Part shown: positions 58,988 to 64,000 of the stretch, in pieces
Layout of the letters: the number at the start of each line of letters is the position of its first letter
Position numbering within the stretch: the stretch's first letter is position 1
NCBI GenBank assembly: GCA_964524845.1
Contig: CAZGFX010000001.1
Span: forward strand, 293,034 to 357,033
Length of the DNA stretch: 64,000 nt
DNA from: an uncultured Gammaproteobacteria bacterium
Lineage (GTDB): Bacteria; Patescibacteriota; Patescibacteriia; CAZGFX01
Direction: 5' to 3'
Notes under the pieces: generated by a model
The model's database searches: none
Told to the model about the DNA's origin: nothing
Seen by the model: only the letters and a program-made list of their open reading frames with translations
Position numbers and translations under genes: made by a program

Positions 58988-60658
58988 ATGCAAAACAAAA
59001 TTAAAATATTATACGCAAGTGCGTTAATTATATTATTAATACCCTTTCAAGTGTTTGCGCTAAACGATGTACAAATAACTGCTTCGTTTGTTTTTGAATT
59101 AAAAACATCCGACACGATTGTTGACACAACAATAAACACGACTGCGACAGGACAAGTGACAAATTTTAACGTCAATTTAAATTACATTGATATCACACTT
59201 GATAATGCGTCAGAGGTTACATTTAACACCGCTGTTGGCGGACAGTATATTAAAATAACAAAACAATCCGGCTCAAATGATTATACCGTCAACCCAACAT
59301 GTCCGACAACGAGCGCGACACTGAGAGGAAATGGTGCGCAAGTTGTTTTACGATTAGAGGTTCTTACGACGAACTTATGCCCAAATTTTGCTCCTGTCGC
59401 ATCATCTGTAAATATAACAGGACTAACAAATATTGGTGCCATTCTTACAGGACATTACACTTATTCAGACGCTGACGGAGACAGCGAAGGCATATCTACT
59501 TTCAAATGGCTTCGTAATGGAAGCATTATTACTGGAGCCACATCCACTTCATATATGACTACACAGTCCGATAGTGGCGCAATCATAAAGTTCGAGGTTA
59601 CGCCAGTTGCTCTAACAGGTACCTCGCCAGGTACGTCAGTTCAAAGCAGTGGTCTCCAACTGAGTAGTAGTGGTGGCGGAAGCGGATCTGTTCCTTCTTC
59701 GTCTGTTGGTTCTGGCCAATCAAATTATTATATTGAGATGTTTAAACAAATAGCGCTTGGTCAAATCACAGAAAATGGCACAAATATTTTAGGATATGCT
59801 GGTTCAAGTTTTGTTTTTGATGTTGTTGTGAGTAAAAACCTAGAAATATCGCGACATCAAGTTGTTTTCGCTAATTTAGACATGTTAAAAAATGTTTTAA
59901 GAATAAACGTCTTCTCAACCCCTCAGGTGTTTGAATTGTTAATTGGAGAAGAAAAAAATATTGATTTAGATAATGATGGTATTCATGATGTTTCTGTTAA
60001 ATATAATAACTTGTTAGTTAACCGAGTTGATTTAACTGTAAAACAGCTAGTTTTTGACGAGAGTGGTTCGATAATTAAACAATTATCTTTTGAAGAAAAG
60101 GACTCATCGACAACAACTGATTCAAAAAAATATTGCGATCTTTTTACTAGAGATTTAAAAACAGGTATGATCGGAGAAGATGTCAAAGAATTACAAAAAT
60201 ATCTTAATAAAAATGGCTTCGTTCTTGCTAACTCTGGCCCCGGCTCAAAAGGCAATGAAACCACAACGTTCGGCGCACTCACTCGAGAAGCGCTCAAAAA
60301 ATTTCAAAGAACAAACGATCTTAATATCACTGGAATTTTTGATCTTAAAACAAGAGAGTATTTAGGATGCACGACAAATAATGTGTCCCAAAAAGAAACA
60401 GCGACAAGCAAATATATATTTACTAGAAATTTAAGCACCGGCACAATCGGAGAAGACGTCAAAGAATTACAAAAATATCTTAATGACAATGGCTTTGTTC
60501 TTGCTAATTCTGGACCCGGTTCAAAAGGCAATGAAACCACAAAGTTCGGCGCACTCACTCGAGAAGCGCTCAAAAAATTTCAGAAAAACAATAAGATTAC
60601 TCCAGCAAATGGATACTTTGGATCGGTTACAAAAGATTTTATAAATAATCAAAATTGA
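58988..60658 (+). CDS. Surface protein with Ig-like domain and two C-terminal peptidoglycan-binding domains
   Basis: YTYSDADGDSEG..TFKWLRNG; FTR.L..G..GEDVKELQKYLN twice. Confidence 0.85.
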   Translation: MQNKIKILYASALIILLIPFQVFALNDVQITASFVFELKTSDTIVDTTINTTATGQVTNFNVNLNYIDITLDNASEVTFNTAVGGQYIKITKQSGSNDYTVNPTCPTTSATLRGNGAQVVLRLEVLTTNLCPNFAPVASSVNITGLTNIGAILTGHYTYSDADGDSEGISTFKWLRNGSIITGATSTSYMTTQSDSGAIIKFEVTPVALTGTSPGTSVQSSGLQLSSSGGGSGSVPSSSVGSGQSNYYIEMFKQIALGQITENGTNILGYAGSSFVFDVVVSKNLEISRHQVVFANLDMLKNVLRINVFSTPQVFELLIGEEKNIDLDNDGIHDVSVKYNNLLVNRVDLTVKQLVFDESGSIIKQLSFEEKDSSTTTDSKKYCDLFTRDLKTGMIGEDVKELQKYLNKNGFVLANSGPGSKGNETTTFGALTREALKKFQRTNDLNITGIFDLKTREYLGCTTNNVSQKETATSKYIFTRNLSTGTIGEDVKELQKYLNDNGFVLANSGPGSKGNETTKFGALTREALKKFQKNNKITPANGYFGSVTKDFINNQN

Positions 60659-60740
60659 TTTTGTTGAATTGTTGTCGTTTTAAAAAAAGATCAATTGGAA
60701 AAGCCACGAAACATTCTCGTGGCTTTTTGTTTATAATTTT

Positions 60741-61721
60741 TTAACTGGGTTTCTTGAAAGTAACTTTGAAATTAAAATCACGTGTAATTGCGGCCGCGTA
60801 CATATGAGGTTTGTAAGTTACCCTCATATAAAACGTTGTTTCCGCAATCGTGCGATTCGCAATTGGCGAGAGCCTGAAAAACAGGACTACCTCGTTCCAA
60901 TTCGATGTCGGATACCCAGGGTTGTGTAATATTGCAACGGAATCAACTGTTGTCGTAGGCATTTGTGCGTACACGACACCACTTTGGTGCGATACATGCT
61001 CAATCGAAATCACGTTTTGCAAAGATTGACGAAACTGATCCTTGAGTCCCAGAAAAAAATGACGACTAATAAAGTAATCAGTCATGATCACAGTATCAGT
61101 AATCAAATTAATAATAGGATCGTTCCGCGTCTCCGCTACAATCGTCCAGGACGAATCGAAAAGCAATCGTTGAGGCTGAATAACCGTGGTACTTCTCCAA
61201 TAAGAACGCTCCTCATACTCATCTGTCGTACCGTTTTTTCTATACCTTACATTGACCCATGTACGAACAGTATTCTGGTTCGGATGTCTCGGATCACTTT
61301 TTATATTCTCGTGATACGGAACCCGCACACGATATGTTTTTCCAGGAACCAAATTTGGATTCATAACAGTGTCCATGACGATACCAAGTGGTTCAAATGT
61401 CGCTCCGAGAATCGTTCCGTCGATAATGTCCGCGGTTTTGAGAACAACGACTATCGTATTTTCTTGATAAATCGTATCAGTCTCAGCGTACTTCCCGTTC
61501 TCAAGAATAACCCCGTTCGAATCGGACTTCACGAATGCGAAATCGAATAAACCCGGATCTTTTTCTCCTCGTCCGTCACCGTCATCACAGCCAAATAATA
61601 ACAATATGCCAACAATTATAATAAATGTGGCGAATAACTTCTTAAAAAGTTGGCCGATCGGATTATAACGAAACATTCGTACTCCGATGACAATAATTAA
61701 AAGTGCCAATAAAGCTTTCAT
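60741..61721 (-). CDS. Membrane-anchored or lipoprotein-like hypothetical protein
   Basis: Two hydrophobic segments ending LLFGC; AAGGAG SD. Confidence 0.75.
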   Translation of the reverse strand: MKALLALLIIVIGVRMFRYNPIGQLFKKLFATFIIIVGILLLFGCDDGDGRGEKDPGLFDFAFVKSDSNGVILENGKYAETDTIYQENTIVVVLKTADIIDGTILGATFEPLGIVMDTVMNPNLVPGKTYRVRVPYHENIKSDPRHPNQNTVRTWVNVRYRKNGTTDEYEERSYWRSTTVIQPQRLLFDSSWTIVAETRNDPIINLITDTVIMTDYFISRHFFLGLKDQFRQSLQNVISIEHVSHQSGVVYAQMPTTTVDSVAILHNPGYPTSNWNEVVLFFRLSPIANRTIAETTFYMRVTYKPHMYAAAITRDFNFKVTFKKPS

Positions 61722-61929
61722 GGTTCATCTCCTTCCCTGCTATGTGCAGTGGATTTTTTGTTTTAAATTAATTTGTTTTTATATATTTATCATATTATAT
61801 TACGACAAAACGTAATAGATGTCAATAGTTTGTAAGTGGCTTTACATAAGCTTTTTTGGTTTCACATAGTAAAATTTTTTGCAACAAAATAAAAAGGCGT
61901 ACATAGTGTGTACGCCAAAACAATATTTA

Positions 61930-62385
61930 TCAATTTTTCATCATTGGTTTGATTTCATAACTTACTTTCATTCCTGATGAAATCAATTTCTTTCCTTCTC
62001 GATGTTTTCGAATATCTGTTCCTTTATATTTTTCGGAGTATTTATCGATTGGAATAATAATTGTTAAACGATTTCCTTTGTTGATTGTTATATAATTTTT
62101 ACTGTTTTCATAACCAACGAGTGAATCGAGTATTGGAATTTTAACATTTGATACAAAAACATATTGTGTTAATTCCTTGTTTTCATCAGGAACAAAATCA
62201 CAAGAGATTTTGTAATATGCCTGTAATTTATCATCGATCGTTACTGAAAAGTTTTTGAGATCAAAACCTTCCGGTTTATAATCTCTTTCGGTTCCGAAAA
62301 CAAGAGCGAAAAGAATTCCAAAAAAAATTATAACCAGAACAGTAAATGAAATAATTTGCGCCCTGCCTTGATCTAAAGCTTTCAT
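61930..62385 (-). CDS. Single-TM hypothetical protein
   Basis: 151 aa; AAGGAG SD, own promoter-like and terminator-like signals. Confidence 0.7.
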   Translation of the reverse strand: MKALDQGRAQIISFTVLVIIFFGILFALVFGTERDYKPEGFDLKNFSVTIDDKLQAYYKISCDFVPDENKELTQYVFVSNVKIPILDSLVGYENSKNYITINKGNRLTIIIPIDKYSEKYKGTDIRKHREGKKLISSGMKVSYEIKPMMKN

Positions 62386-62586
62386 GGTGTACTCCTTGTT
62401 CCGCCAAAGACGGTGTTTTTTTGTTTATTATGTTTGTTTTGGTTTGTTTTATATCATACTAATTTACAACATCTTTTATATAAAGTCAATAGCTTAAAAA
62501 CAAATAAAAAGGCCTGGTCTTTTAGGACCAAGGCCTTTGCCATACGTGTTTAGACGCACGGCTTTTTTGAAGAAAACACGACTTTC

Positions 62587-64000
62587 TTACTGGCGCCGGA
62601 AGTAGAATATAATGTACTTCTCGGGTATGGTACTGCCTGTACCACTCGCTTCTCTAAGCTGAGACAAGCGCATACGAATCTCAATCGCTTGTGTAGCTGG
62701 AGAAGAGATAAATCCGCCATTCAATGTGATGAAATACTTAATCACATTGGAAGAATCCAACACAAATGTGTTGTTCGCGCCCGGCGTATTCGTCGTAGCC
62801 ATCATGACCATTCGACTTATCGAGCTATCCCGCGCTCCGGTTTGAAGATTTATGAGTGTTGCACGGAAGTGCGAGATACTCGTATCCTTCAAGAAATTCC
62901 ATAACGAGTCAGGATCCGGAAGTAATGAGACGTACGAAGCTCCGCCATTATAACTGATGCCTTCGTAGTGTTGAATATTGAAGATACCCGTTGGAGAATC
63001 GTCTTCTGTAACTCTTACTGTATCTCCATTATTTGGAAGGTTTCCTACAAGCGGACCACCGGGATTTGAGCCATACGGATCACGAGTAACGAAGAAGCTT
63101 CCTTGATTTGTCAGCACCACCTGCTTCTGTCCGGAGTAATCCGGATAGCTCATAGTGATACTTGTGATCGAACCCGAGCGAACCGCGTTTACAGGAATTT
63201 GATTCGTATCAATCTTCACAGTAAGTGTGTTTCCACTCCATCGTACTACCGGCGTAATTCCGGTAATTGATACGGAAGCGGAAACAATCGTCGCATTCGG
63301 TACAGCCATTGCTCCATCAAGAAGAGTCACAATACTTGAGAACGACGTCGTATCCGAAGAGTTCAACACCTTAAGCGTCTTCCCTTCGAATCCGAGAATG
63401 TCCGTTCCATCAGGTGAATAATTATCACCATCAGTTACTGGACGAAGGAGCGTACTCGAACTAAATGATTTCGTACGTGTATCCCCAAGTTCCGTCCATG
63501 AAACAACTAGATTGTAATTCATCGTGACCGCCCCACTAACTTGTGCAGACGTGTAAGTAAACTTAAACGATGGAAGCGTAGTCACTCCGAACAATATAGG
63601 TGAAACGCCAGAAGCGCTTGCAGTACCGTTAATGTTCGTGATCGCAACACCCTGTCCTGTTATGGAGTCCGTAAGAGAAATCGCTCCACCTACATCACTT
63701 AATGTTGTCGGCAACGAAATGAAACTCGCCGGCATAGAGTTTGATGCGATGATTGGATTCAACGTGTACAGGTAACTTCGCGGATATCCAGCAAAATCAT
63801 AATTCTGTGGAGACACATGAGCGATGAGCCCTGTATAATCCACATACGTTCCCGTAACTCCGTTTAACCGGAGCGTAACTGGACCCGCGTTCAACACAGA
63901 TGACTGAATAGTATACACAATACGGTTTCCGGAAATTAACTGGTGTGTGACCACCGTACTAGGCTGACCAACAACACCAATAGATCCGATATCCGTAAGC
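62587..64000 (-). CDS. Ser/Thr-rich beta-strand extracellular protein; partial, 5' end beyond the window
   Basis: Frame stays open from 63999 (LTDIGSIGVVGQPSTVVTH...) to the stop at 62587; visibly more GC-rich than neighbours. Confidence 0.8.
   Translation of the reverse strand, partial: LTDIGSIGVVGQPSTVVTHQLISGNRIVYTIQSSVLNAGPVTLRLNGVTGTYVDYTGLIAHVSPQNYDFAGYPRSYLYTLNPIIASNSMPASFISLPTTLSDVGGAISLTDSITGQGVAITNINGTASASGVSPILFGVTTLPSFKFTYTSAQVSGAVTMNYNLVVSWTELGDTRTKSFSSSTLLRPVTDGDNYSPDGTDILGFEGKTLKVLNSSDTTSFSSIVTLLDGAMAVPNATIVSASVSITGITPVVRWSGNTLTVKIDTNQIPVNAVRSGSITSITMSYPDYSGQKQVVLTNQGSFFVTRDPYGSNPGGPLVGNLPNNGDTVRVTEDDSPTGIFNIQHYEGISYNGGASYVSLLPDPDSLWNFLKDTSISHFRATLINLQTGARDSSISRMVMMATTNTPGANNTFVLDSSNVIKYFITLNGGFISSPATQAIEIRMRLSQLREASGTGSTIPEKYIIFYFRRQ

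Noticed and set aside
1-64000. Alternative genetic code (UGA read as Gly or Trp)
   Set aside because: Conserved genes are full length under code 11, and some plausible genes end at TGA (for example the HIT gene at 21400).

Overview
AT-rich bacterial chromosome segment. Gene content suggests a Patescibacteria/CPR (Parcubacteria-like) genome, which is an inference from the double-domain ThyX, RRM protein, pilin-like Cys-rich giant protein, GNVGIGT-repeat and peptidoglycan-binding surface proteins, SD-less core genes and tRNA-Ile(UAU). I see about 55 plausible CDS (trmB, uppP, U32 hydroxylase plus chorismate mutase, suhB-like, tspO, ymdB, hup, comM, typA, an ECF sigma pair, thyX, MFS, a RelE/Phd TA pair, many orphans) and 9 tRNAs. 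I found no integrase, transposase, cas or rRNA genes. The strongest unexplained signals are non-coding. (1) A ~1.08 kb, densely base-paired non-coding unit with its own promoter and terminator (29015-30100, minus). (2) At 7 of 9 tRNA genes, arrays of ~110 bp units made of a copy of that tRNA's own end (mostly the 5' 11-14 nt), a GC-rich hairpin and an AT-rich spacer of near-constant length (55-59 nt), invaded by nested REP-like palindromes. (3) Two further promoter/terminator-bounded structured RNA candidates (17287-17766 minus, 25670-25858 plus). All structures were read by eye; no folding or database search was run.
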